Below, in pieces: positions 53,529 to 63,393 of a stretch of 64,000 bases of DNA. The translations under genes and the position numbers were made by a program. Positions within the stretch are counted from its first letter, which is position 1; every line of letters starts with the position of its first letter. The notes below the pieces were generated by a model. That model made no database searches. It had not been told where the DNA came from and was given only the letters and a program-made list of their open reading frames with translations. Location: NCBI GenBank assembly GCA_036676495.1, contig JAKFCT010000001.1, positions 26,335 through 90,334 on the forward strand. Direction: 5' to 3'. Source of the DNA: Candidatus Sericytochromatia bacterium (GTDB lineage: Bacteria; Cyanobacteriota; Sericytochromatia; S15B-MN24; UBA4093).

Positions 53529-54737
53529 TTGATTTCCGTTGAAGAGGCCCGCGCCTGCATAGCCGCGACCCTGCGCCCCGGTCCCGTCGTCACCTTGCCC
53601 TTGCTCGAAGCCCGAAACCTCATCCTGGCCGAGAGGGTGATTGCGGCGCTGTCGCTGCCGTCCTTCGACAACTCCGCCATGGACGGCTACGCGGTGCATG
53701 CCGCGGACCTCCGGGAAGCTTCGCCAACAAGCCCCGTCCTGCTCCCCGTGACGCTGGAGGCCGCGGCAGGTGCCAGCCCCCTTCCTCCGCTATTACCAGG
53801 AACCTGCTGCCGGATCATGACCGGTGGCCCGATGCCACCGGGCGCGGATGCCGTCGTCAAGATCGAGGAAACCGCGCTCGTCGACGGTCGCGTGAAGTTC
53901 GTCAAGCCGGCCGGTTGTGGGGATCACGTCCGCGTGACGGGCGAGGATCTCCGGGCGGGCGATCGCCTTCTCGAGAGCGGCACGCTGCTCACTCCCTCTC
54001 GCCTCGCCCTGCTGGCCGCGATCGGCCGCGCCGAGGTCGCCGTCCACGCCCCGCCCCGTGTCGCCATCCTGACGACCGGCAACGAGCTGGTCGCTCCCGG
54101 CCTTCCCCTCGAGCCCGGCCAGATATACGACAGCAATGCAATCGCCATGGCGGCCCTGGTCGCCGAGACCGGAGCCGTCCCGGTCATCCTGGGAGTCGTG
54201 CGTGACGACCCCGAATCGACCCGCCGCCTCCTCGAATCGGCCGCCGGCTGCGACGTCGTGCTCACCTCCGGCGGCGTCTCGATGGGGGCCTACGACTACG
54301 TGAGCGAGGCCCTGCGCGAGCTGGGCGAGGTCCACTTCGAGCGGGTGGCCCAGCAGCCCGGCAAACCGCTGACGTATGCCACGCTGGCCGGCAAGCCCGC
54401 CTTCGGCTTGCCCGGTAATCCGGTCTCGACGCGCGTCTGCTTCGAGGTCTACGTGCGGCCCGCGCTCCGGACGCTCATGGGCCACTCGGCCCCGGAGCGC
54501 CGGCGCGTCTCGGTCGTGATGCAGGAGTCTTGCTCCAAGCGGCTAGGCCTGACCACCTTCCTTCGCAGCGTCGTCTCCCCCGGCGGGGACGGCCTCGAAG
54601 CGCGCCTCGCCGGAGCTCAGGGCTCGGCCATGATGCAGGCGATGGCCCGGGCCAACGCGCTGCTCTGGGTGCCTGCCGAACGATCCGGGCTGGATGTCGG
54701 AGAACGGGTCGAGGCCCTTCTCCTGGAGGAAGCATGA
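53529..54737 (+). CDS. moeA: molybdopterin molybdotransferase
   Basis: SAMDGYA, IMTG, TGNEL, SGGVS, LPGNP. Confidence 0.95.
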   Translation: MISVEEARACIAATLRPGPVVTLPLLEARNLILAERVIAALSLPSFDNSAMDGYAVHAADLREASPTSPVLLPVTLEAAAGASPLPPLLPGTCCRIMTGGPMPPGADAVVKIEETALVDGRVKFVKPAGCGDHVRVTGEDLRAGDRLLESGTLLTPSRLALLAAIGRAEVAVHAPPRVAILTTGNELVAPGLPLEPGQIYDSNAIAMAALVAETGAVPVILGVVRDDPESTRRLLESAAGCDVVLTSGGVSMGAYDYVSEALRELGEVHFERVAQQPGKPLTYATLAGKPAFGLPGNPVSTRVCFEVYVRPALRTLMGHSAPERRRVSVVMQESCSKRLGLTTFLRSVVSPGGDGLEARLAGAQGSAMMQAMARANALLWVPAERSGLDVGERVEALLLEEA

Positions 54738-55732
54738 GCATGTCCGAGCCGCTGATCGATGCGTTCGACCGCAAGATCTCTTACCTCAGGCTCTCCCTGA
54801 CCGATCGCTGCAACCTGCGCTGCCAGTACTGTATGCCGGCCGAAGGGCTCAACTGGATCCCTCCCGAGGCCATCCTCCAGGATGACGAGATCATCCAGTT
54901 GCTCTCGATGGTCTTCTTGCCGCTGGGCCTGCGCAAGCTCCGGCTCACGGGAGGAGAACCGCTGCTTCGCAAGGGGCTTCCCGAGCTCGTGGCCCGGATT
55001 TCCGCTCTACCGGGCTTGAGCGATCTCGCGCTGACCACCAACGGCATCTTCCTGGCCAACCTCGCCGAGCGCCTCCACGCGGCCGGACTCTCGCGCATCA
55101 ACGTCAGCCTCGACAGCCTCAAGCCCGAGCGCTTCGCCGCGATCACCCGGGGCGGAGACATCGCCAAGGTCCTCGCGGGGATCGAACGCGCGGTCGAGGT
55201 CGGCCTCGACCCGGTCAAGGTGAACGTCGTGATCATCCCGGGCACCAACGACGACGAGGTGCTCGACTTCGCCGAATGGACGCTGCGGGCCAAGGTCCAC
55301 GTCAGGTTCATCGAGATGATGCACGTCGGCGATCGCGACTTCTTCGAGGAGCGCCGCTACGTGCCGGTCGAGGATCTGATCGCCGCCATCCGCGCACGCC
55401 ACCCGCTCGAAGCCAGCACCCAGCACGTGACCGGAAACGGCCCCGCCCGGATCTTCGAGATTCCCGGAGCGCTCGGCACCATCGGCTTCATCAGCCCCAT
55501 GAGTCATACCTTCTGCGACGCCTGCAACCGCATCCGCCTGACCGCGGACGGTCAGATCAAAGCATGCCTCATGCGACCCGAAGAGCAAGACCTCTTGGGA
55601 CTCTTGCGCCAAGGAGCAAGTCCCGAGGCCATGCAAGCGCTCGTCCGAAGCTCCCTGGGCTTCAAGCCCGAGCACCATGAATGGGGAGCTGGCCTGCCGA
55701 TTCACCGCACCATGTCGCGCATCGGAGGCTAA
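54734..55732 (+). CDS. moaA: GTP 3',8-cyclase
   Basis: CNLRCQYC, FCDACNR.R...C, C-terminal IGG. Confidence 0.96.
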   Translation: MSMSEPLIDAFDRKISYLRLSLTDRCNLRCQYCMPAEGLNWIPPEAILQDDEIIQLLSMVFLPLGLRKLRLTGGEPLLRKGLPELVARISALPGLSDLALTTNGIFLANLAERLHAAGLSRINVSLDSLKPERFAAITRGGDIAKVLAGIERAVEVGLDPVKVNVVIIPGTNDDEVLDFAEWTLRAKVHVRFIEMMHVGDRDFFEERRYVPVEDLIAAIRARHPLEASTQHVTGNGPARIFEIPGALGTIGFISPMSHTFCDACNRIRLTADGQIKACLMRPEEQDLLGLLRQGASPEAMQALVRSSLGFKPEHHEWGAGLPIHRTMSRIGG

Positions 55733-55813
55733 CCGCAAAGCGGCTGAGCGCACCGTGGCTAAACGAGCGGAGGTTACTCAGGCTTTGCGCCCATCGGCTG
55801 ATCGTCCGGCGGC

Positions 55814-56398
55814 TCAACCTAGCGTGTCGCGAGCCGCGGCATAGTCCTCGGGGCGGTTGAGATCCCAGAACGGACCGGGAACCGGCACCTGACGCACGGG
55901 ATGGCGCCGGACCACCGCGCGCAGACCCGCATCCTCCTCCCGGATGGCCTTCAGCTCATCGAGCAGCCTGCCCGCGAAGAGCACCGGATGCCCGCGGCGG
56001 CCTTCCGAGACCGGGATGGCGATCGCATCCTCGCTTTGCATCGCCGAGATCAACACGTCGAGGCAACGGGCCTCGAGGGGCTGGTCGACCCCGACCACCA
56101 GCAGCGCCTCCGGCGCGCTCTCCAGGGCCTCGAAGCCGGCTCTCAGCGACGAGGCCCGCCCCTCGCGATAGCCCGGGTGAACGACCAACTTGGCGTTATC
56201 CGGAAGGATCAGGCGCTCCTGAATCTGCGCGGCCTCATGACCCAGCACGACGCAAACCTCTCCCCAGTCGCGGAGGCAATCGAGCTGATGCTGGAGCAAG
56301 GGGACGCCGTTCCAGTCGAGCAGGGCCTTGAGCCGGCCCATACGAGACGACAGGCCGGCCGCCGTGACGACGGCCGCCGAACGTGCTCGCGCGATCAT
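55814..56398 (-). CDS. mocA: molybdenum cofactor cytidylyltransferase-like NTP transferase
   Basis: AAGLSSRMG..K, DQP, GHPVLF; adjacent to xdhC. Confidence 0.82.
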   Translation of the reverse strand: MIARARSAAVVTAAGLSSRMGRLKALLDWNGVPLLQHQLDCLRDWGEVCVVLGHEAAQIQERLILPDNAKLVVHPGYREGRASSLRAGFEALESAPEALLVVGVDQPLEARCLDVLISAMQSEDAIAIPVSEGRRGHPVLFAGRLLDELKAIREEDAGLRAVVRRHPVRQVPVPGPFWDLNRPEDYAAARDTLG

Positions 56399-57267
56399 GG
56401 GGAGAGCGTCGTTGCTGCAGGTGCATGGGGTGCGTCGGCGCGGAGGCGTTCGGGCCGCGGAATCTTCTCCACGTACGAGAGCGCTCGAGCATCCCGGCCG
56501 TTGCGATGCGCATGGATCTCGGCCATGACCGACAGCGCGATCGATACGGGCTCCTTGCCGCCCAGGTCCAGGCCGACCGGCGCGCGCAGGCGCGGCGTCA
56601 AGCCCGAGAGGTCATGGCCCTCGGCGACCAGGTTCTTGAGGATCTGAATGGTCTTTCGCTTGCTCGCAACCAGCCCGACGTACCGGCAAGGCACGGTTAG
56701 CGCCGCACGTAGGGACTCCGTGTCGGCATCCGCCGTCGCGATGAGCAGGTAATCCGATTCCATCCAATCGACCTGAGCCATGCCCGCCGAAGCGCGCTGC
56801 GGGATGATCGTACAGTCCGGATAGTTCCCGGAATTGGCCCACTCCGGGCGCTCGTCGATGACGATGACCGGATAGCCCAGGGGCCTGGCCAGTCGGGCGA
56901 TCTCGATGTTGACGTGGCCCGCCCCCACGAGCACGACACGCGGGGAAGGGACGTGGACCTCGATGAACACTTGAACCGTTCCTCCGCACATCATGCCGAT
57001 GCCGTGGGCATGCTTCTCGGTCAGGTGATAGGATCCCAGGCGGCTCTTCCGCTGGGCGATCGCCTCGGCGGCCATCGACAGCGACATCAGCTCGATCTCG
57101 CCTCCGCCGACCGTTCCCGCGAGGCGCTCGCCTTGGGATCCGACAATCATCTTCGCCCCGACCGCGTTGGGAATCGAGCCGCTCGACCCCACCAGGGTCA
57201 CGACGGCGACCGGCCTACCTTCCTGGAGGAAGGTCAGCAGACTTTGCAACGTCTCCAGAACGCTCAC
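56395..57267 (-). CDS. xdhC: XdhC/CoxI family maturation factor
   Basis: GTVGGG, GMMCGG, GAGH, APVGLDLG. Confidence 0.92.
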   Translation of the reverse strand: MSVLETLQSLLTFLQEGRPVAVVTLVGSSGSIPNAVGAKMIVGSQGERLAGTVGGGEIELMSLSMAAEAIAQRKSRLGSYHLTEKHAHGIGMMCGGTVQVFIEVHVPSPRVVLVGAGHVNIEIARLARPLGYPVIVIDERPEWANSGNYPDCTIIPQRASAGMAQVDWMESDYLLIATADADTESLRAALTVPCRYVGLVASKRKTIQILKNLVAEGHDLSGLTPRLRAPVGLDLGGKEPVSIALSVMAEIHAHRNGRDARALSYVEKIPRPERLRADAPHAPAATTLSP

Positions 57268-59524
57268 GTTTCTTCCTCTCGATCGTGCGCCAGACGCGCT
57301 CGGGCGTGGCGGGAAGCTCGTCGACCCGGGCGCCGATGGCGTCGGCGATCGCCGAGAGAATCGCCGGGGGCGTCCCGATCAGCGGGGGCTCTCCGATCCC
57401 GCGCGCCCCGTAGGGACCGCCGGGATCGGCATGCTCGAGAATCACGGCCTCGATCGGCGGCACGTCCACCATGGTGGGAAGGATGTAGTCGGTGAAGCCG
57501 GGATTCAGGATCTTGCCCTCGCGCCGGACGATTTCCTCCATGAGCGCCATCCCCAGGCCCTGGGTGACGCCGCCTTCGATCTGGCCCGTGACCAGTTGCG
57601 GGTTGAGGGCCTTGCCGACGTCGTGGACGGCCACGATGCGCTCGACCTGGACCTCGCCGGTCTCCGTATCCACAAGGACGGAGCAAGCATGGCTGCCGAA
57701 GAGGTAGGTGATGAACGCCCGCGGGGAAAGGCCCTCGGGATCGCTCGGCAACGTGGGCGGCTTGAAGATCCCCGAGGCTTCCAGGGCGTAGCCCCGGCGC
57801 CGGCCCTCAGCGAGGACCGCCGCGAGCGGGACCGCCTGGGTGGCATCGTGGCGATCGCGCATCTGGCCGTCGGCCATCGTGAGCTCGTCCCAGTGAACGG
57901 GAAGCAGGGTCGCCCCGATGTCCATGAGCTGGAGTCTCAACTCCGAGGCCGCGATCTGGACAGCCGAGCCCGTGAAGTAGGTTTGACGGGTCGCCGAGCT
58001 GGATCCCGACTCGGGGGTCGTATGGGTATCCGCCCAGATCACCCGGACCGACTCCGGATCGACCCCGCATTCATGCGCGGCGATCTGCGCCATGACGGTG
58101 GTCAAGCCCTGCCCAACCTCGACGGCGCCCGTGTAGACCTCGAGCACGCCGTCCTCGGCGAACCGAACGCGCGCCCGGGAGGCATCCGGAAACCCGTCCC
58201 CGTAACCCAGCCCGAAGCAGAACGAGGAGATGCCGTAACCACGCTTGAGATGCGGGCTGTCGGTCGCGTAATCCCGCTGCTCCCAGCCGATCCGCCGCTG
58301 GGCCTCCTCCAGGCACTGCACGCCCGTGGCGACCGGGATGACCTGAGTCGTGGTCACGGCTTCCCCGTTGCGGATGAGGTTGCGGCGGCGAATCTCGACC
58401 CGGTCCATGCCGAGCTTGTCGGCGAGCGCATCCAGGGCGCTCTCGTAGGCGACCGCCATCTGCGCGGCGCCGAAGCCGCGCATGGCGCCGCAGGGGTTGT
58501 GGTTGGTGAAGACGGCGAAGACGTCCACCTCGACGTTGGGCACCCGGTAGGGGCCCGTCGCATGGCTCGCCGACTTGCGCATGACAGCATCCCCGGTCGA
58601 CGCGTAGGCCCCCGTGTCCGCATGGACCGTGACCTTGGCCGCGACGAGCTTGCCGTCGCGATCCGCGCCCAGCTGGTAGCGGACGCGCAAGGGGTGGCGC
58701 TTGTGGCGCGCAATCATCGATTCGGCGCGGTCGTAATCGAGCCGCACGGGCTTGCCGGTCAGCAAGGCCGCCAATCCCAGGTAGATCTGGATGCCCAGGT
58801 CCTCGCGTCCGCCGAAGGCGCCGCCGGTGGCGGGCTGGATGATCCGGACGCGCTCGTAGGGAAGGCCTAGGGAGGTGGCGAGCAGGCGACGCTCCTCGTG
58901 AACCCACTGGCCCGACGCATGAATGGTCAGCACGTCCCCGTCCATGAGGGCCATGCCCGCCTCGATATCGAGGAAGGCGTGGTCGACGGCCTGGGTCAAG
59001 GTGGTGGTCTCCACCGTCACGAAGGCCTCGCGCATCGCCTTCTCGGCATCCCCGAGGCGGATGGGCTTGCGAGTGAGGATGTTGCCGATCGCATGCAAGC
59101 TCGGAGCGTTGGGGTCCAGGGCCTCGTCGATGGAAAAGACGCCGGGAAGCGGGCGGTAATCGACGGCGATCAGCTTCAGCGCCTGGCGGGCGATCGCCGC
59201 GGACTCCGCCACCACGATGGCCAGCGCATCACCGGTATAACGGACGAAGTGGCTCGCGATGAGCTCTTGGTCCCGGCGAATCAACCCATGCCGGTTGGTG
59301 CCGGGGACGTCCTTGGCCGTGAAGACCCCCACGACGCCGGGAAGCGCGGCGGCCTTCGCCGTGTCGATGCCCATGATCTCGGCATGGGGAAGCTCGCTGC
59401 GCAGGACGGCGACGTGAAGCACATCGTGGCCGGCGAGATCCCCGCCGTAGCGGGTGGCTCCGGTGACCTTGCCGCGGGCGTCGTTGCGCCGGACGTTCGA
59501 GCCGATTGCCGAGCGACTAGCCAT
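57215..59524 (-). CDS. xanthine dehydrogenase family molybdopterin-binding subunit
   Basis: GGAFGG, AMRGFG, GQG, GQIEGG, GIGEPP. Confidence 0.93.
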   Translation of the reverse strand: MASRSAIGSNVRRNDARGKVTGATRYGGDLAGHDVLHVAVLRSELPHAEIMGIDTAKAAALPGVVGVFTAKDVPGTNRHGLIRRDQELIASHFVRYTGDALAIVVAESAAIARQALKLIAVDYRPLPGVFSIDEALDPNAPSLHAIGNILTRKPIRLGDAEKAMREAFVTVETTTLTQAVDHAFLDIEAGMALMDGDVLTIHASGQWVHEERRLLATSLGLPYERVRIIQPATGGAFGGREDLGIQIYLGLAALLTGKPVRLDYDRAESMIARHKRHPLRVRYQLGADRDGKLVAAKVTVHADTGAYASTGDAVMRKSASHATGPYRVPNVEVDVFAVFTNHNPCGAMRGFGAAQMAVAYESALDALADKLGMDRVEIRRRNLIRNGEAVTTTQVIPVATGVQCLEEAQRRIGWEQRDYATDSPHLKRGYGISSFCFGLGYGDGFPDASRARVRFAEDGVLEVYTGAVEVGQGLTTVMAQIAAHECGVDPESVRVIWADTHTTPESGSSSATRQTYFTGSAVQIAASELRLQLMDIGATLLPVHWDELTMADGQMRDRHDATQAVPLAAVLAEGRRRGYALEASGIFKPPTLPSDPEGLSPRAFITYLFGSHACSVLVDTETGEVQVERIVAVHDVGKALNPQLVTGQIEGGVTQGLGMALMEEIVRREGKILNPGFTDYILPTMVDVPPIEAVILEHADPGGPYGARGIGEPPLIGTPPAILSAIADAIGARVDELPATPERVWRTIERKKRERSGDVAKSADLPPGR

Positions 59525-60047
59525 TGGCGCCTCCCTTCCGGGCCGCCTCGACGATGGCGTCGACGACCTTCACGTAGCCCGTGCAGCGGCAGATATTACC
59601 TTCCAGGCCCTTGCGAACCTCCTCGGGAGTCGGGTTCGGGCACGTCTCAAGGAAGGCCTTCGCCGCGATCACGAGGCCCGGCGTGCAGTAGCCGCACTGA
59701 ACCGCTCCGCAGTCCACGAAGGCCTGCTGGACCCGATCGAGCGCTTCTTCGCTCGCGAGCCCTTCCACCGTCACGACCTCGTAGCCCTGGACCTGGGGAG
59801 CCATCACCAGGCAGGAATTCATGGGTTGGCCGTCGATCAGGACCGTGCACGACCCGCACTCTCCCTCGTGGCAAGCCCCCTTGGTGCCGGTGTAGCGAAG
59901 GTCCTCGCGGAGGATTTCCAGCAAGGTCGAAAACGGGTGAATCGCCGCGTCTACGGTTTCTCCGTTGAGCCTGAAGCTCAACGGAAAACGCGACGGGTCG
60001 TCGGGGGACGTCCCGGTGGAGTGCGAGGACTTAGACGAGAGCGGCAT
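59517..60047 (-). CDS. xanthine dehydrogenase family 2Fe-2S subunit
   Basis: CHEGECGSC, QCGYCTPG, CRCTGY; GGAGG RBS before ATG 60047. Confidence 0.93.
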   Translation of the reverse strand: MPLSSKSSHSTGTSPDDPSRFPLSFRLNGETVDAAIHPFSTLLEILREDLRYTGTKGACHEGECGSCTVLIDGQPMNSCLVMAPQVQGYEVVTVEGLASEEALDRVQQAFVDCGAVQCGYCTPGLVIAAKAFLETCPNPTPEEVRKGLEGNICRCTGYVKVVDAIVEAARKGGANG

Positions 60048-60858
60048 GAGCACCTCCGTGAACCAGCCCGGAAAGCAGGCGCGTGACGGCAATTTCGGCG
60101 ACCGCGCGACGGTAATCGGCGGAGGCGCGGTGATCGGTGATGGGTCGAACCTCTTCGGCGACGAGTCGGCCGGCCTCGGCGATCGCCTCGGGCGCGAGGC
60201 CCCGCTCGCGCAGGAAGGCCTCCGTCCGGAGGAGCCGCAGGGGGGTGGGCGCGACCGAGCCCACGGCAATCATCGGGTGGCCGTCGGCATCGAGCGCCAC
60301 TCCGGCGCAGACCACCGAGATGGCCACCGAGTTGCGCTTGCCGTTCTTGTAGAAGGCGCTCTTGGCGGGCTTCCGGAAGCGCACGGCGACGATCAACTCG
60401 TCGGGGGCGATCGCCGTCTTGCCGACCCCTTGGAAGAACTCCCGAAGCGGCAAGCAGCGGCTTCCCCGAAGGCTCGCAAGCTCGACCGAGGCATCCAGCG
60501 CCAGCAGCGCCACCGAGACGTCGCCCGCGGGGCTGGCCGTGGCGATGTTCCCGCCGATGGTTCCGCGGTTGCGGATCTGCGGCCCGCCGACCTGCCGGGC
60601 GGCATCCGCAAGCACGGTGACGGACCCGTTCTCCAGGGCTCGGTGGGGACAAAGGGCGCCCACGACGAGCAGCTTGCCGTCGTCCCGGACCTCGCTGAGC
60701 TCGGAGAGGCGGCTCAGATCGATCACGTTCTCGAGGGTCAGGCGCCCTTTCTGGACCATGACCACCAGATCCGTTCCGCCGGCCAGGAAACGTGCCCGAA
60801 CCCCCAGCTCGGCCTTCAGCTGAAGGGCCTCCGTCAATGTGCTTGGTTGATAGTACAT
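60031..60858 (-). CDS. xanthine dehydrogenase family FAD subunit
   Basis: AGGTDL, QIRNRGTIGGN, ASPAGD, DHRASADYR. Confidence 0.93.
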   Translation of the reverse strand: MYYQPSTLTEALQLKAELGVRARFLAGGTDLVVMVQKGRLTLENVIDLSRLSELSEVRDDGKLLVVGALCPHRALENGSVTVLADAARQVGGPQIRNRGTIGGNIATASPAGDVSVALLALDASVELASLRGSRCLPLREFFQGVGKTAIAPDELIVAVRFRKPAKSAFYKNGKRNSVAISVVCAGVALDADGHPMIAVGSVAPTPLRLLRTEAFLRERGLAPEAIAEAGRLVAEEVRPITDHRASADYRRAVAEIAVTRLLSGLVHGGAHAALV

Positions 60859-61024
60859 TCCCGTCCCTCGTTGAAGGTGGGCTCCGTCACCTGACGAAGC
60901 AGCAGCGACGATTGCACATAATGATTGCTTGCCGCCATTATACCCAAATCAAGCGGCTCAACGGAATCCCTTGCGCCGAGTCGTTCCCACGCCAACCCCC
61001 TTGTGAATCCAGGAACGGCGCACA

Positions 61025-61053
61025 TTGCCAGCCATTGAGGGACGAGCTATACT
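61025..61053 (+). promoter_or_regulatory. sigma70-type promoter
   Basis: TTGCCA-N17-TATACT. Confidence 0.6.
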
Positions 61054-61154
61054 GGTGCCCGCCTCCTTGATTTGCTTTCAGGAAACCGTACCCTCGGGAG
61101 GCCGTCTGGACGACCTTTCATCATGACCGGCGCGGTTAGATAGGGGCCCTACCG

Positions 61155-62054
61155 TTGAAATCCAAAATCATCCTCCTGGCTGCCATCAGCCTGCTCTGGG
61201 GTTCGCAGTTCTACTTCAGCGAAATCGCCCTGCGCACCCTGCCTCCCTTCACGATCTCGGCGTTGCGCACCATCTTGGCGGCCATAACGCTCTCGGTGCT
61301 CTTCATGACCTCGTCGGAGCGCAAGATCGCGCCGCAAACCCCCGCCACCCCCTTCTGGGTGTACTTCGGGATCGCCCTGGTGGACGTCACCCTTCCCTTC
61401 TGCCTGATCACTTGGGCTCAAGGCCACCTGGACAGCGGCATGACCGGTATCTTGCAGGGAACGGTGCCCATCTTCGTGGTCTTGCTGTCTTTGGTCCTGA
61501 TCCGCGGAGAGCGCCTCCAGCTCGGAAACATCCTCTGCGTGGGGCTCGGCTTCGTCAGCATGCTGGTGCTCAACAGCAGCAGCCTCGCAAAAGGGCTTAC
61601 CGGCAACATTTGGGCCCAGCTCGCGGTCCTCGCGGGGGCGGCTTGCTATGCGCTGGGCATCATCTTCATCCGGCGCCTGAACTCGCCGCGCTCGGCCGAG
61701 GTGGCGCGCAACGTCTTCCTCGCGGCGCTGCTCCAGCTCGTCCCCTTGGCCCTGATCGTCGAGCGCCCCTGGACCCTCAGCCTCGGCACGGAGTCCCTCC
61801 TGGCGCTTCTCGTCCTGGGGATCCTCAGCGCGGGCGTCGCCAAGCTCTTCTTCGTCGTGCTCATCTCCAAGGCGGGGCCGACCTTCGCCTCCCTCGCCAA
61901 TTACCTGGTCCCGATGGTGGCGGTGTCGCTCGGCATCATGTTCCTCGGAGAACCGTTCACTCCCACGAGCCTGGTCGCCATGGGCATCCTCTTCACGGCC
62001 CTCGCGCTCAACGGCCTCAAAACCCCGACGCGCACGCCACTGGTCGAAGCATGA
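61155..62054 (+). CDS. EamA/DMT family transporter
   Basis: About 10 TM helices in two EamA repeats; LLWGS, GER, LGE. Confidence 0.9.
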   Translation: MKSKIILLAAISLLWGSQFYFSEIALRTLPPFTISALRTILAAITLSVLFMTSSERKIAPQTPATPFWVYFGIALVDVTLPFCLITWAQGHLDSGMTGILQGTVPIFVVLLSLVLIRGERLQLGNILCVGLGFVSMLVLNSSSLAKGLTGNIWAQLAVLAGAACYALGIIFIRRLNSPRSAEVARNVFLAALLQLVPLALIVERPWTLSLGTESLLALLVLGILSAGVAKLFFVVLISKAGPTFASLANYLVPMVAVSLGIMFLGEPFTPTSLVAMGILFTALALNGLKTPTRTPLVEA

Positions 62055-62056
62055 AG

Positions 62057-62088
62057 AAAGGCCGCCTCCCGATGGGGAGGCGGCCTTT
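62057..62088. terminator. bidirectional terminator
   Basis: AAAGGCCGCCTCCC / GGGAGGCGGCCTTT between convergent genes. Confidence 0.8.
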
Positions 62089-62105
62089 AATTCACGTCGA
62101 AGGGG

Positions 62106-62291
62106 TTAGCGTCCCGGCATGTAGCCGCCGAGGAAGTAGCCCAGGGCAAGTCCTGCGATCATCAGGACGCCGATGAAGGTCGGGGGCGCGGGAAGCGGGA
62201 GGTTGAACAGGCGGCACGCCAGTCCGATGGACAGCGAAAGCACCAGGGCGACCGCCGTCTGGGAAAGAAAACCACTCGAAAGTTCCGGCAT
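62106..62291 (-). CDS. XapX/DUF1427 family small membrane protein
   Basis: G.....F.LPLPAPP...G.L.I.G...GY; AAGGAG RBS before ATG 62291. Confidence 0.8.
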   Translation of the reverse strand: MPELSSGFLSQTAVALVLSLSIGLACRLFNLPLPAPPTFIGVLMIAGLALGYFLGGYMPGR

Positions 62292-62450
62292 GAAACCATT
62301 CTCCTTGTGAAGCCGATTACAAAGCTCTCCGGCGCCAGGGCGTGATGGTTTCGGCACTTCCGCTTCGGTTATCCCGTGCAGCCCCCATGCAAGCCTTTAT
62401 GATAGCGACATTCCGCATTATCTGCAATATGACTGGATTTCAACCAGTCC

Positions 62451-63134
62451 TTATGGACTCAAGTCCGGTCGGTGCGGGAGATTGAGGCGGGACGCGGCGT
62501 CGTCCAGCGTGAAGAGGGTCGCCTCGCCCAGGTAAAGGTAGTAGGGATGAGAGGGGCGATCGCGCATGGCTTTCAGGCAGGAGGTGAGCCAAGATCCCAG
62601 GTGGTGGCGCATGAACGCGGCCTGGGCGTCCAGGGTGATTTCCAGGTTTTCGTACCATTCCCGAGACAGCGCGAAGGCCTCTTTGAGCGCCAGGACCCCC
62701 ATGAAATCGAGTTCCCTGGCGATGTAGTCCTGTTGCCCGGAGAGGCGGGCGGAGGAATCGACGCGCGAGACCGCGCTCATTCCGAAGGCCTCGTAGTACT
62801 CGGCGAGTTCCGCGAGGCATTCCTCGCGGTCGAGGTCGCCGTAATCCGATTCATATAAAGAACAGCCTGCGGCGGCGTCGAAGAGTCGGGCGTACTCCTT
62901 TTCGAGTTCGTCCCGAGGCGTGGCGAGCAGGTGCTCCGACGCCTTCACCAGGGGATACTTCACTCCCACCGGCCAGGGCATGGGAGCGTCGAGCAGGTGT
63001 CCCCAGCGAATCCGGATGCGGTCGCGCATCGCCGAATCCGGAGGATCGAAGCCCAGCGCCAGGGAGTGATAGAGCGTGGAGCGGAACAAGGCATCGGCGA
63101 CGCGTTCCTGAAGCGGATTTTGCCAGCACATCAT
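62451..63134 (-). CDS. TorD/DmsD family molybdoenzyme chaperone
   Basis: EYARLF, LYES.Y, YYEAFG, DYIARELDFM, F...HLGSW. Confidence 0.85.
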   Translation of the reverse strand: MMCWQNPLQERVADALFRSTLYHSLALGFDPPDSAMRDRIRIRWGHLLDAPMPWPVGVKYPLVKASEHLLATPRDELEKEYARLFDAAAGCSLYESDYGDLDREECLAELAEYYEAFGMSAVSRVDSSARLSGQQDYIARELDFMGVLALKEAFALSREWYENLEITLDAQAAFMRHHLGSWLTSCLKAMRDRPSHPYYLYLGEATLFTLDDAASRLNLPHRPDLSP

Positions 63135-63331
63135 GGCTTCCTCCCCGTCATGTTCCGTCCGTCTCGATCCCCTCCGACGTCCTTCCCCCGAGTATAGCCG
63201 TGGCGAAAAAGCCGGCCATCCGTACTCCCCCGCTCAAATCGGTCCCATCAGGCAGGACGGCGGTCGCGCCCGCCGGATCCCCTAGGAAGGGCATGGGCCC
63301 GGTTCGCCGCCCTCCTCATGGAGGGAGCAAG

Positions 63332-63360
63332 TTGCCCGAGAGCGGGGGCGCGACTATAAT
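63332..63360 (+). promoter_or_regulatory. sigma70-type promoter
   Basis: TTGCCC-N17-TATAAT. Confidence 0.7.
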
Positions 63361-63393
63361 CGTTACAGAACCCCGTTTTCAGAGAGGAACTCC

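Noticed and set aside
57215-57267. Frameshift at the 53-bp overlap of the Mo subunit and xdhC
   Set aside because: All conserved residues precede the overlap; a one-base shift would give a normal GTGA junction but cannot be judged without reads and would hardly matter
61100-61140. Guanidine-II riboswitch before the DMT transporter (GGACGACC)
   Set aside because: Only a 2-bp stem around ACGA, and the second hairpin lacks an ACGR loop
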